Assembly (NCBI GenBank): GCA_963804995.1 | Contig: CAWDSK010000003.1 | Location: 416,001-480,000 of the forward strand | From: an uncultured Acidobacteriota bacterium | GTDB lineage: Bacteria > Acidobacteriota > Terriglobia > UBA7540 | Reading direction: 5' to 3' | Length of the DNA stretch: 64,000 nt | Made by a program: the position numbers and the translations under genes | Notes under the pieces: generated by a model | Seen by the model: the letters and a program-made list of their open reading frames with translations, nothing else | Told to the model about the DNA's origin: nothing | Database searches by the model: none | Part shown: piece by piece, positions 27,785 to 38,204 of the stretch | Numbering within the stretch: position 1 is the stretch's first letter | Layout of the letters: the number at the start of each line of letters is the position of its first letter

Positions 27785-29272
27785 ATGAGCAGGAGGCCAA
27801 CTGTGCGCAACTTATTGAGAACTGTGGTATGGCATGGATTCTGCCCTCGCCTCACCCTCGGCCTTATTTTTGCCGCGTGTCTCGCGCTACCTGAAATGGT
27901 CGTGGCTCAAGCCCCCCCAGCCGCCACCACTCCTGACTTCATAGGTCAGTTAAGCCGCTCGTCGGAGGCGCTGGTCAAGAAGGTGGCGCCGAGCGTCGTC
28001 CAGATCATGGCCATTGGATACGGACCTCTGCAGGAGAGCAGCCAGACTGAGACCGGCCTGGTCATCGGCCGCCAGCGCGCCATCGGTTCGGGAGTAATCG
28101 TTGACCCGGACGGATACATCATGACCAATGCCCACGTGGTTAGTGGCGCCCGGCGCATCCAGGTAGTCATCAACGCGGCTGACGCCGGAGGATCTCCCGC
28201 CCGCGCCTTAGCTTCGCACGGGACCACCCTGGAGGGCCAAATCGTGGGAATCGCCCGCCAGATTGACCTCGCTTTGATCAAGGTCGAGGCGCATGGGCTT
28301 ACGGCGCTGCCCATTGGCGATTATCGGAAGCTCCTGCAAGGCCAAATCGTTTTTGCTTTCGGAAGCCCGGAAGGCTTGCGCAACTCCGTGACCATGGGTT
28401 TGGTGAGCGCCGTGGCTCGCCAGCCCGATCCCGACAACCCGATGATCTACATCCAAACCGATGCGGCGATTAATCCTGGAAACAGCGGCGGACCGTTGGT
28501 GAGTGTTGAAGGTGAATTGGTCGGAATCAATACGTTCATTCTGACGCAGTCCGGCGGCAACCAAGGATTGGGATTCGCGATTCCCAGCGGCCTCGTGGCC
28601 CTTGCCTACCCTCAACTCCGCAAATACGGCCACACCCATCGCAGTCAAATTGGAGTGTCGGTGCAGACCATCACTCCGGCTATGGCCGCTGGCCTGGGTC
28701 TTTCCCGAGACCAAGGTGTCATCGTTTCGGATGTCCTCCCGGGGGGACCCGCGGACGGCGCTGGACTGAAGATCCAGGACATCATCGTGAGCGTGGACGG
28801 TCGCCCCATCGACAGTCTGCCGATGTTTGGCTATTGCTTCTATTTGCATCATCTGAGTGAACCGATGAAGCTTGATGTGCTGCGCGGCTCCACTCCCATG
28901 CATTTTGAAGTGCCGGTCATCGAGCAACCCCACAAGGTCGACCGGCTGATTGATCTGGCCAACCCCGAAAAGAACCTCATCGCGAAGCTGGGCATCCTGG
29001 GCATTGAGGTCAACAAGAGCCTTGCCGATTTGTTGCCGGACCTCCGGCAGTCTTCCGGAGTCATCGTCATCGCGAGGGCCGCGGAGTCAGGCTTTTCCGC
29101 GACTTCCCTCGCTACCGGGGATGTCATCCACGCCATCAATGGCCTGCCCGTGATCAGCCTGGCGTTCTTGCGATCCCAATTGGAAAGCATCAAACCCGAC
29201 GAGCCGGTGGTCCTTCAGATCGAACGCGAGGGCGCCTTCACGTACCTCAGTTTCCAGATGGAAGCACCGTAG
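27785..29272 (+). CDS. HtrA/DegP-like serine protease with two PDZ domains
   Basis: GSGVIV, TNAHVV, DLALIK, QTDAAINPGNSGGPL; signal peptide. Confidence 0.92.
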   Translation: MSRRPTVRNLLRTVVWHGFCPRLTLGLIFAACLALPEMVVAQAPPAATTPDFIGQLSRSSEALVKKVAPSVVQIMAIGYGPLQESSQTETGLVIGRQRAIGSGVIVDPDGYIMTNAHVVSGARRIQVVINAADAGGSPARALASHGTTLEGQIVGIARQIDLALIKVEAHGLTALPIGDYRKLLQGQIVFAFGSPEGLRNSVTMGLVSAVARQPDPDNPMIYIQTDAAINPGNSGGPLVSVEGELVGINTFILTQSGGNQGLGFAIPSGLVALAYPQLRKYGHTHRSQIGVSVQTITPAMAAGLGLSRDQGVIVSDVLPGGPADGAGLKIQDIIVSVDGRPIDSLPMFGYCFYLHHLSEPMKLDVLRGSTPMHFEVPVIEQPHKVDRLIDLANPEKNLIAKLGILGIEVNKSLADLLPDLRQSSGVIVIARAAESGFSATSLATGDVIHAINGLPVISLAFLRSQLESIKPDEPVVLQIEREGAFTYLSFQMEAP

Positions 29273-29351
29273 TATGGGGTGGCTTGCGCCGCTGAAACCA
29301 AATCGGGTAAAGATTCATCTCCATTGCAGGGCGCAAAGTAATGCTGCACAA

Positions 29352-29545
29352 GGTGGTGTCATTTGCTGTGCCACGGGCGTCCGAAGCTGTGAACAAATCC
29401 CATCAAACCTTTCACCGCGGAGACGCGGAGGCGCAGAGGTTTGAAAACAAAGGGTCATTTCTCTGCGTCTCAGCGACTCAGCGGTGAAAATGGTATTTTT
29501 TCACACCTTCTCCCGCCCGTGGCACTTCCTAATGACCCACTACCC
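29352..29545. mobile_element. Host palindromic element interrupted by a 128-bp MITE (29383-29510, TSD TCC)
   Basis: Compared with the uninterrupted relative at 31228-31318; insert ends GAAGCTGTGAA/TTCACACCTTC. Confidence 0.75.
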
Positions 29546-29728
29546 AGCTTTCCATTGACTTCCTTCGTTGGGCAGTACAGAATCTTCCTGGCAACCCAAA
29601 GTTCATCCTAACCGTATCACCTCCCCACTCGGCCCGTATGGCGCTGGGTGGGCCATGCAGAATCTGTATTGCGCCCGCATCCTTCCGGCGGAGGTCGGGC
29701 AACTTACCTTGAAAAGGAGATTCGAAAT

Positions 29729-30166
29729 ATGGCGACTAAAATCACCGGAACATTTACTGGAAAAATCAGGACCCAGACCGTATCGGCGCTCTTCCACGAG
29801 AACAACCACGCCCTTACCCTGGTCGAAGTGGTAGGGACGCACGCATCCACCGACCCGCTGTGGAACGGGGCGCGGATTACTTACTGGGGCACGGGCGATC
29901 TGGTGAATGGAAGCGGTTCGCAGCACGGCTATTGGTGCAACGAGCATGCCGAGGGCGACCGGGACTGGGGTACCTTCGAGGGCACCCTCAACCTTTCCGG
30001 ACAGCAGGCGAGTATGGAAGGCACGTATAAGATTACGGGCGGAATCGGGAAATTTAAGGGCATTTCCGGCGGAGGCACCTACAAGGGCCACTTCCCCTCC
30101 CCCGCCGACGTTGTCAACAACTGGGATGGTGATTACACCTTCGCTTCAGCCCAGGCCGCACATTAG
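29729..30166 (+). CDS. Hypothetical beta-rich protein (possibly dirigent/AOC-like barrel)
   Basis: AAGGAG RBS; ITGGIGKFKGISGGGTY motif. Confidence 0.7.
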   Translation: MATKITGTFTGKIRTQTVSALFHENNHALTLVEVVGTHASTDPLWNGARITYWGTGDLVNGSGSQHGYWCNEHAEGDRDWGTFEGTLNLSGQQASMEGTYKITGGIGKFKGISGGGTYKGHFPSPADVVNNWDGDYTFASAQAAH

Positions 30167-30259
30167 ACCAACTCTCGCCTTGCCGGGGCGCCCTTGGGGG
30201 TGCCCTGGGCAGGGCAAGCAAGCCCAGCCCCAACAAAACGTGATTGTCTTCTGCCCAAG

Positions 30260-31219
30260 CTATTCCAGCGGCGAGTCGTGGGCGTTCGCGCTCCGGTCTT
30301 CTTTTATCGAGCGGATCACCTCGGATTGGTCCGTAAAAAAGTTCCGGCAGCCGGACCGCCCAAATTCGACCGGACGCGCCGTCAGAGCGTAGGTGCTGAT
30401 CGTCCCGCCGGCGTCCGGTGGACCTGGATGGTAGCTAAATTCGTATCCTAACTTATGCCCGCGCGCCAACCATTCATCGATTAGATCCGCTGCATTCTCG
30501 GTCGGCGCAGTATTTGCGTGTGGCGGGCCGAGCGCCTCAAGGCTGGCGCTGAATCCCTTGGTGTAAGTGGAAGCGTAAGTGATCTCGGCCGTATTGATCG
30601 AGCGCAAGGATCCGACGGGGGACGCCTCAGCGGCATTCCTTCGCGGATTGGTCAAATTGGGTAAGAAAAACGTGGCGAGAATGACTGCGGTGCCTGCATA
30701 AGCACCGAATCGCAAGATACCCATGAGCAGAGTGCGGGGGTCACCCGCTTCATGAGGTAACGCGTAATACGTCCTGATGGCCAGTGTCACCATCGCGACC
30801 TGAACCAAAACGAAAACCACCGACCAGACGAGAAAAGGTCGGGAAAGGTCCGGCATCGCAATAAAGATTGCCAGCAGCGTCAGCATAAACGCAGCGCACC
30901 CCACGGCCAGAGCAATCGCCAGTCCCTTCTTGATTCTCGCCACTCGCAACTCCCCAAGAATTGCCAAAAACGGTAACGCCAACGGGAGGAATGGCCAGTA
31001 ATCATCCGGCGGACGAATCGAACTTTCTTCACAAAGGTTTCGGGGACCAAAGGCTAAAGACACCAGGAGGGGTGCGGCAATCGCCAGCACGGACAGTATC
31101 GCGGCCGCTCGCACGCCCCATACGCGTGATTGATTCGGATCGACAGGCACTGGGTTAACCTCTTGCGGAGTGATCGAACCGGAATTCTCATCAACGGCGT
31201 CGACCCTGTCAAGAGACAC
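30260..31219 (-). CDS. Multi-pass membrane protein with C-terminal type IV pilin-like globular domain (start uncertain)
   Basis: About 5 TM segments, then EASPVGSLRSINTAEITYASTY..GHKLGYEFSY..FFTDQSEVIR. Confidence 0.7.
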   Translation of the reverse strand: MSLDRVDAVDENSGSITPQEVNPVPVDPNQSRVWGVRAAAILSVLAIAAPLLVSLAFGPRNLCEESSIRPPDDYWPFLPLALPFLAILGELRVARIKKGLAIALAVGCAAFMLTLLAIFIAMPDLSRPFLVWSVVFVLVQVAMVTLAIRTYYALPHEAGDPRTLLMGILRFGAYAGTAVILATFFLPNLTNPRRNAAEASPVGSLRSINTAEITYASTYTKGFSASLEALGPPHANTAPTENAADLIDEWLARGHKLGYEFSYHPGPPDAGGTISTYALTARPVEFGRSGCRNFFTDQSEVIRSIKEDRSANAHDSPLE

Positions 31220-31227
31220 CGAGTCCG

Positions 31228-31416
31228 AGTAGTGGTGTCATTTGGAAGTGCCACGGGCGTCCCGCCCGTGAAGGGTCACGGCCAAGATGGCCGTGCCACA
31301 CCAAATGACACCACTACCCGAGTCCGGGTGCTGTCCTAATTTCAGTTGGTGCGCCGGTTTCCAGCCCGCCTTCAGCCACCAAGAGGGCGGCTTTATGTTC
31401 AAATCAGGACACCACC
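31228..31416. mobile_element. Two adjacent MITEs (31228-31318 with 8-bp TSD CGAGTCCG; 31327-31416)
   Basis: TIRs GTAGTGGTGTCATTTGG/CCAAATGACACCACTAC and GGTGCTGTCCTAATTT/AAATCAGGACACCACC. Confidence 0.75.
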
Positions 31417-31606
31417 CGTCTATCGCTAAGGTGGGCATTTGAGATGAAGTGTGCGGCGATCAGAGTGTGGAACCCTCCCGTTGCACACACCTTCCAGATT
31501 GTGACCGCATCAGTAGGCCTCTCGCAATTCCCTGCCCCATATGCTATGTTTACCGCTTCGCACTCGCGGTTCAGGACCCTATACACACCAACAATGGAGA
31601 GGCCGG

Positions 31607-32401
31607 ATGAAGCAGATACGTTTGCTCTCAATAATCCTTCTAATCGCCCCGGGTGTCTTTGCACAGGACTGGGCGCGGGAGCGCGTGGACAAGTCTCCAC
31701 GCCATGGCGAATGGGCTACAGTGAAGCACGGTGATCGGGCGGTTGAAACTTTCGTGGTCTACCCGGAGTCGAAAACGAAGACTCCGGTAGTATTGGTTAT
31801 CCACGAGATTTTCGGCTTGACCGATTGGGTCCAGGACCTGGCCGACCAAGTCGCCGAAGCCGGCTACATCGCCGTGGCCCCGGACCTGCTCTCCGGCATG
31901 GGCCCGAACGGAGGCCGCACCTCGGATTTCCCCCCGGGCAAGGCCACCGAAGGAGTGAGTCATCTCAATCCCGATCAGGTCACGGCTGATCTGAATGCTG
32001 TAGCCGATTACGCGCTCAAACTTCCTGCCTCGAACGGCAAGCTGTTTGTCGTGGGCTTCTGCTGGGGAGGTGGGCAGAGCTTTCGTTTTGCCACGAATCG
32101 CAACGACCTGGCGGCCGCCTTCGTTTTCTACGGTCCTCCACCGGCGAAGGATGCCATGTCGCGTATTACGGCTCCGGTATATGGATTCTATGCGGGCAAC
32201 GACGCGCGGATTGATGCCACCATCCCTGACACGGTCGACGCCATGAAGGCCGCCGGCAAGGCTTACGATCCCGTCACCTATGAGGGCGCCGGGCACGGCT
32301 TCATGCGGGCGGGCGAAGCTCCTGATGCGAGCGAGGCAAACCGCAAGGCCCGCGATGCCGCCTGGGCACGCTGGAAGAAATTGCTGGCGGAAAGCAAATA
32401 G
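31607..32401 (+). CDS. Dienelactone hydrolase family protein, secreted
   Basis: IHEIFGL, APDLLSG, GFCWGG, GAGHGF; signal peptide. Confidence 0.9.
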   Translation: MKQIRLLSIILLIAPGVFAQDWARERVDKSPRHGEWATVKHGDRAVETFVVYPESKTKTPVVLVIHEIFGLTDWVQDLADQVAEAGYIAVAPDLLSGMGPNGGRTSDFPPGKATEGVSHLNPDQVTADLNAVADYALKLPASNGKLFVVGFCWGGGQSFRFATNRNDLAAAFVFYGPPPAKDAMSRITAPVYGFYAGNDARIDATIPDTVDAMKAAGKAYDPVTYEGAGHGFMRAGEAPDASEANRKARDAAWARWKKLLAESK

Positions 32402-32486
32402 GAGCTGATTCTCGGGAAACGGTGCGCATCGCAAATGGCGAGCGCTGTCATTCCGGAACCTCCGCTCCTTGCCAACACCTTGAGGC

Positions 32487-33773
32487 GTGGCTCGGCACTC
32501 GCACACCAGCAAGGGGACGCCTATCGGCTGGATAGCCCAACTTCATCGCAGCGAAAAGCTTGCCCTGGCGGCGACCGTTGGCGGCTTCGGTGTCGATGCC
32601 TTCGATTACACGGTTTACACCTTTATTATTCCAACCCTCATGACTACCTGGCACCTCAGCAAAAGTCAGGCTGGCTTGGTCGCCACGGCTTCCCTGCTCT
32701 CCTCAGCCGTGGGCGGATGGTTGGCAGGGGTCCTGGCCGACCGCTACGGCCGGGTTCGCATGCTTCAGGTCACGATCGTGTGGTTTTCCATCTTCACCGT
32801 TCTCAATGGATTCGCCACTTCCTACTGGCCGCTGCTGGTCACGCGTACGATGCAGGGCCTCGGCTTCGGCGGGGAATGGTCGGTTGGCTCCGTGCTGATG
32901 GCGGAAGTGATCCGCCCGGAACACCGCGGCAAAGCAGTCGGCATCATGCAAAGTTCCTGGGCGGTGGGCTGGGGAGTTGCCGCAATCACCTATGCCGCAG
33001 TCTATTCTTACCTGCCGGAGGCTCTCGCTTGGAGAGTCCTGTTCTGGATGGGAGTCCTGCCAGGGCTCCTGATCTGGCGGCTTTGCCGAAACCTGGATGA
33101 ACCTCCCCTCTACGTCGAAAATCGGCGCAAAGTCGAAAGCGGAAAGTCGCAGCCGACTTTTCTGAGGATATTTGCCCATCCCGTCCTGCGTATTACACTT
33201 CTTGCCAGTTTATTGTGTATGGGTATGCAAGGCGGGTATTACAGTGTTACCACATGGTTGCCAACCTACCTGCGAACCGTTCGGAACTTCAGCGTAACGA
33301 ATGCCGGCGCCTATCTGGTGGTTACTATCACTGGATCGTTTCTCGGATATGTGACGGCGGCCCTCATCATCGATCGCCTGGGGCGCCGCCGGACGTTCAT
33401 CCTCTTTGCCGTGGCGGCAGCCGCTTCCGTCGCCTTCTATATGCTACTTCCCGTCTCAGACCTGCTCCTGCTGCTGTTGGGGCTTCCTTTGGGATTCGCA
33501 GTGTCCGGAGTCTTCAGCGGCGCGGGCTCCTTCCTTTCTGAACTGTATCCCAACGAGATCCGTGGTTTCGGCCAGGGATTCAGTTACAACTTCGGACGGG
33601 CGGCAGGCTCGCTCTTCCCCACCCTCATCGGTTTCCTGAGCGTAAGAATGGGATTGGGGAAAGCGATTGGGATCTTCGCCGTCCTGGCCTATGGCTTGTT
33701 GGTGCTTTCCGTCTTATGCCTGCCGGAGACGAAAGGCAAGGACCTGAGTGAGGGAAGCTTCGTGGCGGGGTAG
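32487..33773 (+). CDS. MFS transporter (organic acid/sialate:H+ symporter-like)
   Basis: ADRYGR and IDRLGRR motif A, GLGFGGEW, LPETKG. Confidence 0.9.
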   Translation: MARHSHTSKGTPIGWIAQLHRSEKLALAATVGGFGVDAFDYTVYTFIIPTLMTTWHLSKSQAGLVATASLLSSAVGGWLAGVLADRYGRVRMLQVTIVWFSIFTVLNGFATSYWPLLVTRTMQGLGFGGEWSVGSVLMAEVIRPEHRGKAVGIMQSSWAVGWGVAAITYAAVYSYLPEALAWRVLFWMGVLPGLLIWRLCRNLDEPPLYVENRRKVESGKSQPTFLRIFAHPVLRITLLASLLCMGMQGGYYSVTTWLPTYLRTVRNFSVTNAGAYLVVTITGSFLGYVTAALIIDRLGRRRTFILFAVAAAASVAFYMLLPVSDLLLLLLGLPLGFAVSGVFSGAGSFLSELYPNEIRGFGQGFSYNFGRAAGSLFPTLIGFLSVRMGLGKAIGIFAVLAYGLLVLSVLCLPETKGKDLSEGSFVAG

Positions 33774-33794
33774 TACAACCCTGCGTCGTGGGCT

Positions 33795-36194
33795 TTAGCC
33801 GACGGTCACCGACGGGATCGTCAAATCAAACGAAACTTGCACTGGCTGGCCGGCGTGGCGGAATTGGACGGTCACGGTCTTCTCGTCTGAAGCTTCTTTC
33901 ACATCGGTCACCTCTGGGTTCTGTCCGGCCCTGGCGATTCCGAGCACGGCGACGATATGAGCCGCAGCGCCTTTCTGCATCGTTTGAGCGGTCAGGTGCC
34001 ATTCCGGCGGGGGGGTACCGAGTTCGGGAGGAAACGGATACTTATCCGTCTGCGCGAGTTCGAGGCCGCCAGGCGCAAGCAAGAATCCCGCGAGCGATGC
34101 CTGCTCAAACGTCAGCTCGATGTGACCCGTCGATTGATCGATCGTGAATGGGGCACGTCCGTGCATCCACGACTTCATTAAGACGGCCTCCTTGCCCTGC
34201 ACCTCGTCAAGAATCACCAGGACTCCGGGTTTTAAGAACAGCAAGTGGCGGCGGTAGCGTTTCACGTCCTTACCGTAAGCGGGGGAAGCGTCACCGACTA
34301 CATAGTCATAGGAATCACCGGGCTCGAACACGATCACTTTGCCGGTGGCGGTTTCGTTCCTTGACTGCCCCTGGCCATTAATCTCAAGGGCGTTGTGAGC
34401 TTTCGTGGCAACATACCACTGCAAGAAAAAGGGGCTATCCCACCACGGCCGGATGCCGGTATTCACCAAGAGGGGGGAACCATACGCGCCCAGGACGATG
34501 CCGTTCTGGTCCGCATGGCTGTGGCTGATGTTTCCCAACTGGGAGGACCGCATCATTACCTGCACGTCTTCCCGCCCATCCACAAGATTGGTGTGAAGCG
34601 AGACCCAACCCACACCGCGGAACCACTTGGCTTTGGGCCAATCGAGGGGAGGTCGTGCCTTGGGAACCGGCGGGTCGGAGCGGAGCGCTCGCAGCAAGCC
34701 TAGGGCGGTGGGAGGGAAAGCGTCGCGCCCATATGCCTCGGCGTACCACTGCCATTCGGGCTTGGCACGCAGGCGAGCAAAGTAGGCATCGACAGATCCC
34801 AAGCCGCGGATACCCGGCTCAAAGTAACCGATGCGAGGCGCTTGGTCGGGGTATTCTTCACCGTAGTCGGCGAACCCCACCAGCGCTCCACCGGGAGGCG
34901 CCACGTAGATGGAAAAGTCCCCCACGTGCTGGTAGAAGGGCTTCTCCGTTCCGTCGATCTTCATCGCCGCTTGCAGCGTGTCCAGCCACCATGTCGAGCG
35001 CAGCATATAAACCCGCCAATAATTCAAGCCCTGCGCCCATCCACCGTCGGCATCGCCGAAGGCAGGATACCAACCCCAGAACATCATGAAGGCGTAGTCG
35101 AGCCATTTCTTAGACTCCGGCACTTCACCGTAGTAAGCGATGGCAGCCTCGGCTAGAAAATGCCATAGACGTCCCTGGTGACTGTCGTAGGCCTTCTGCT
35201 CGTGGGGCGCGCCGTGCAGTTTCTTGTAAGCCTCCTCGCCGCGCGCGCGGATCATGGCCCGCAGTTTCTCGCGATCGGACTCGCTGAGCGCGTCGTAGGC
35301 CCAGTCATAGGCGCGCGAGGTGACGAAGAGGATGGGCATGCCGCATTCATCATTTGTTTCGAGGCTCGTCGTGCCGGCTGGATCCCAGGAAGCAATGTGC
35401 AGGAGCCACTTTCGCGCCCCTTCCCCGTAACGCGGCTCGCCAGACAATCGGTAGGAGAGAGCGAGGGTTTCAGCGACTGCACACGCCTTGATGGTTGCGG
35501 TGTAATTGCGCCGCCATTCGCTGGCGTCCTCCTTGCCGTTGGTGTAAGGGGGTGGTTCAGGAGTCAAAGGTTGGATCAGTTGCTCTTCCGCAGCCTCACG
35601 GAATTGATTCCACCGTTCCCTTTGCGGTCCAAGACACGCCTTGCGGAGTGCCTCAACTTCTTCCGGCCTCATCATCAGGCGCGGGTGGGTCCGGGGAAGG
35701 CGCTCCAGGATCAAGCCTTCACTCGGACGTGGAAACGGCCGGGCGTCAGGGGCGATGGTAAAGTTGCGAACCTTACTCCAGTTAGACCTCGCTCCGTTTT
35801 CACCCTCGCAGGCATAGCGCCACCACCACTTGCCCGGCGCGAGTGTGGCCGTGTGGGTGTAGAGGACGTAAGGGGTTTTCGAGACCGTGATCACGTCGCG
35901 CGTAAACTTCGTGTCGCGGGCCAACTGGACTGCGTAAGTTTCGGCGCTATGCTCCGGCAGCCACGCGAGCGCCGGCGGATTGGTTCCAACCGTAGCCTCC
36001 TCCGCGGGCAAGTAACCGATCTCGTCGATGCGCGGCGCACGGTTCGAGACTTGGGGCGGCATCGAGGCAGGGCGCGTTGGCACAGGGCTTTGCTTGGCCG
36101 CGGCGTACCCGAATCCCTCAACCTGTGGCCTTGGCGCGGCAGTCACTACCAAGGCTCGTTTCGAAAACTCTTTAAGGAATTTGCGGCGCTTCAT
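33795..36194 (-). CDS. DUF4962/heparinase II/III-like polysaccharide lyase (oligo-uronate lyase type)
   Basis: Tat-like MKRRKFLK, HPRL, YDSH, DGGWAQGLNYW, SHSHADQN, AHNAL. Confidence 0.82.
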   Translation of the reverse strand: MKRRKFLKEFSKRALVVTAAPRPQVEGFGYAAAKQSPVPTRPASMPPQVSNRAPRIDEIGYLPAEEATVGTNPPALAWLPEHSAETYAVQLARDTKFTRDVITVSKTPYVLYTHTATLAPGKWWWRYACEGENGARSNWSKVRNFTIAPDARPFPRPSEGLILERLPRTHPRLMMRPEEVEALRKACLGPQRERWNQFREAAEEQLIQPLTPEPPPYTNGKEDASEWRRNYTATIKACAVAETLALSYRLSGEPRYGEGARKWLLHIASWDPAGTTSLETNDECGMPILFVTSRAYDWAYDALSESDREKLRAMIRARGEEAYKKLHGAPHEQKAYDSHQGRLWHFLAEAAIAYYGEVPESKKWLDYAFMMFWGWYPAFGDADGGWAQGLNYWRVYMLRSTWWLDTLQAAMKIDGTEKPFYQHVGDFSIYVAPPGGALVGFADYGEEYPDQAPRIGYFEPGIRGLGSVDAYFARLRAKPEWQWYAEAYGRDAFPPTALGLLRALRSDPPVPKARPPLDWPKAKWFRGVGWVSLHTNLVDGREDVQVMMRSSQLGNISHSHADQNGIVLGAYGSPLLVNTGIRPWWDSPFFLQWYVATKAHNALEINGQGQSRNETATGKVIVFEPGDSYDYVVGDASPAYGKDVKRYRRHLLFLKPGVLVILDEVQGKEAVLMKSWMHGRAPFTIDQSTGHIELTFEQASLAGFLLAPGGLELAQTDKYPFPPELGTPPPEWHLTAQTMQKGAAAHIVAVLGIARAGQNPEVTDVKEASDEKTVTVQFRHAGQPVQVSFDLTIPSVTVG

Positions 36195-36311
36195 GACTTT
36201 TCCCCGGTCAGAACAGATTTGATGCTTGACAAGGGGTTACTACCCTTAAGTAAAGCATCGAAGTCTTCATAATGGTTCACACCAGAGGGCAAGGGGCGAG
36301 AGGGTCGCGCG

Positions 36312-37595
36312 CTATGGCCGGGTTTCAACTTGTTTTGGCACATATTCCTGGCGCACCATGAACACGTAGGCGGCGACGCCCATGATCAGGAAGAGTACGA
36401 TGGCCTGCATCGGCGCCTCATAACTGCCTGTGGCTTGCTTGAGCAATCCTGTCAAATAGGGGGCAGCGATTCCAGAGAGGCTGGCGGCGCAATTCTGGAC
36501 GCCCACGATGCGCCCCACGGCCGCGCCTGGAAATAACGTTTGGGTCAAGGCCCAATAGTTGGCCGTCGCGAGGCCCAGGCCACTCAGCGAAAAGACCGCG
36601 AAGAATAATGCCACCGAAGAGGAATGCGAGAAGGCCCCAATAATTTCCGTTGACGCCAGCAGCAGGCCTGCGATCGTGAACGCCTTGCGAATCCGGACCG
36701 GCTCTCCACCGCGAGCGATAATCCGGTCGGCCACCCAGCCTGCCAGGGTCGCCACGGCCGCCATTCCCAGGAAACTGAACATGGTGTAATACCCCATGGA
36801 ATCGAGAGAAAGGTGGCGGCGTTCCACAAAGTAAGCCGGCATCCAGGTCATGCAGAAATAAACAAAATACTGATAGCTGAAGGTGCCGATTACCGTGCCC
36901 CAGATTACGGGGCTCGCCATCACTTGGCCGAAGCGAATCGTCGCCTGCGTGGTTTTCTGAATCGCGGGGTTCGGTCCCCTCGGGCGATCGTCTTTTACCA
37001 CGCCCAGCCAGGGAAGGAGCCAGACCAATGAGCCGAGGCCCAGGATGACAAACATACTACGCCAGCCGGAAGCGAGTACCAGCCAGGCCGCGATGGGAGC
37101 GCCCAGCGCCGGGCCAACCTTGGCAGCGGCCATATAGAGACCCACCGCAAATCCACGCTTTTCCTCGGGAAAATTAAATCGGATCCAGCTCATGCCGGCG
37201 GGAGTCACCACCGATTCCGATGCGCCCAGCACGACGCGAACCAGGAAGAGTTGCCGTACCGAGTGGGTCACCGCCGTGGCCGCTGACAACATGCTCCACA
37301 AGAAGTAGCCGGCAGCCAGGGGATATTTCGCACCATAACGGTCAACCCACCATCCGGCGGGAATCTGCAGGAATGCATAAGAGAGAAAGAAGGCGGAGTT
37401 CAGGACGCCGCGGTCCTGGTCGGTTAAGTGATAGAGCTCCTTGAATTCCTTCAGCACTAACACGACAGAAAGATTCACTCGGTCGAAATAAGCAATAATC
37501 ATCGCCAGGCAAAGCAGGCCCAGAATGAACCATCGCTGGAACGCGGGACTGGATTCGCGGGGTGAGGCCTGCCCTGCTGAACGGTCGGTATCCAT
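36312..37595 (-). CDS. MFS transporter, ACS family (hexuronate/sugar-acid type)
   Basis: YFDRVNLSV, QIPAGWWVDRYG, TWMPAY. Confidence 0.88.
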   Translation of the reverse strand: MDTDRSAGQASPRESSPAFQRWFILGLLCLAMIIAYFDRVNLSVVLVLKEFKELYHLTDQDRGVLNSAFFLSYAFLQIPAGWWVDRYGAKYPLAAGYFLWSMLSAATAVTHSVRQLFLVRVVLGASESVVTPAGMSWIRFNFPEEKRGFAVGLYMAAAKVGPALGAPIAAWLVLASGWRSMFVILGLGSLVWLLPWLGVVKDDRPRGPNPAIQKTTQATIRFGQVMASPVIWGTVIGTFSYQYFVYFCMTWMPAYFVERRHLSLDSMGYYTMFSFLGMAAVATLAGWVADRIIARGGEPVRIRKAFTIAGLLLASTEIIGAFSHSSSVALFFAVFSLSGLGLATANYWALTQTLFPGAAVGRIVGVQNCAASLSGIAAPYLTGLLKQATGSYEAPMQAIVLFLIMGVAAYVFMVRQEYVPKQVETRP

Positions 37596-37954
37596 GGGAT
37601 GGGTGCCGGCTCCTTAATCTACCCTGAGATCTGGAAAAACACTCTATATGCCAAGAGGCTGGACTGCAAGCCCCTTTCCGGTATATGTGGGCGTGCAGCA
37701 GCAATGCTGGCCCTTGGCGATTGCGACGTTGCCCGGTGCGGTTTCTTGCGTGTATGTTACCCTCTTGCGCTAGGGCGGTAAGTTCGCAATGGGGTTTTGG
37801 ATCAGGTGATCGTTGAGTAGGAGTACACGCACTGTGAATTAGACGGGATTTATCACCGCGCCGAGGGGTTTTCTTCGAGTGGTCGGAAGCACGGGGGTAG
37901 GGGGGGTGAATTCCTAACTCGCGGAACCTTTAAACGCCCCAAACCTACGAGTGA

Positions 37955-38088
37955 CCCCTCACCCGCCTGCGGGCAAAAGCCGAAGTCGTTTACGGTTCCC
38001 AGGTGCCCCTTCGGTGGGCGTAGGCCCGTCCCGCCTCCCGATAGAATGCATCGGGACGGCGGTCCACCCTCTCCCCTCGGAGAGGGCT
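37955..38088. repeat. CCCTCACCC REP family copy with a 59-bp internal insertion
   Basis: Matches 45158-45227 apart from insert 37966-38024, which is flanked by CCCG on both sides. Confidence 0.6.
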
Positions 38089-38204
38089 ATTACTTAAGCT
38101 GTGAGGTGGGCGGCATATTTGAGCGACATGCGTTCCGGCCGCGAGCGATGCGCCGACAGATCAAAATTGGAAAACCTGGTTCACAGGCAAGAGGGAGAAA
38201 GCTG

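Noticed and set aside
38046..38204. N-terminal extension of the GH105 protein
   Set aside because: It begins inside a REP element; the signal peptide starts at 38205.
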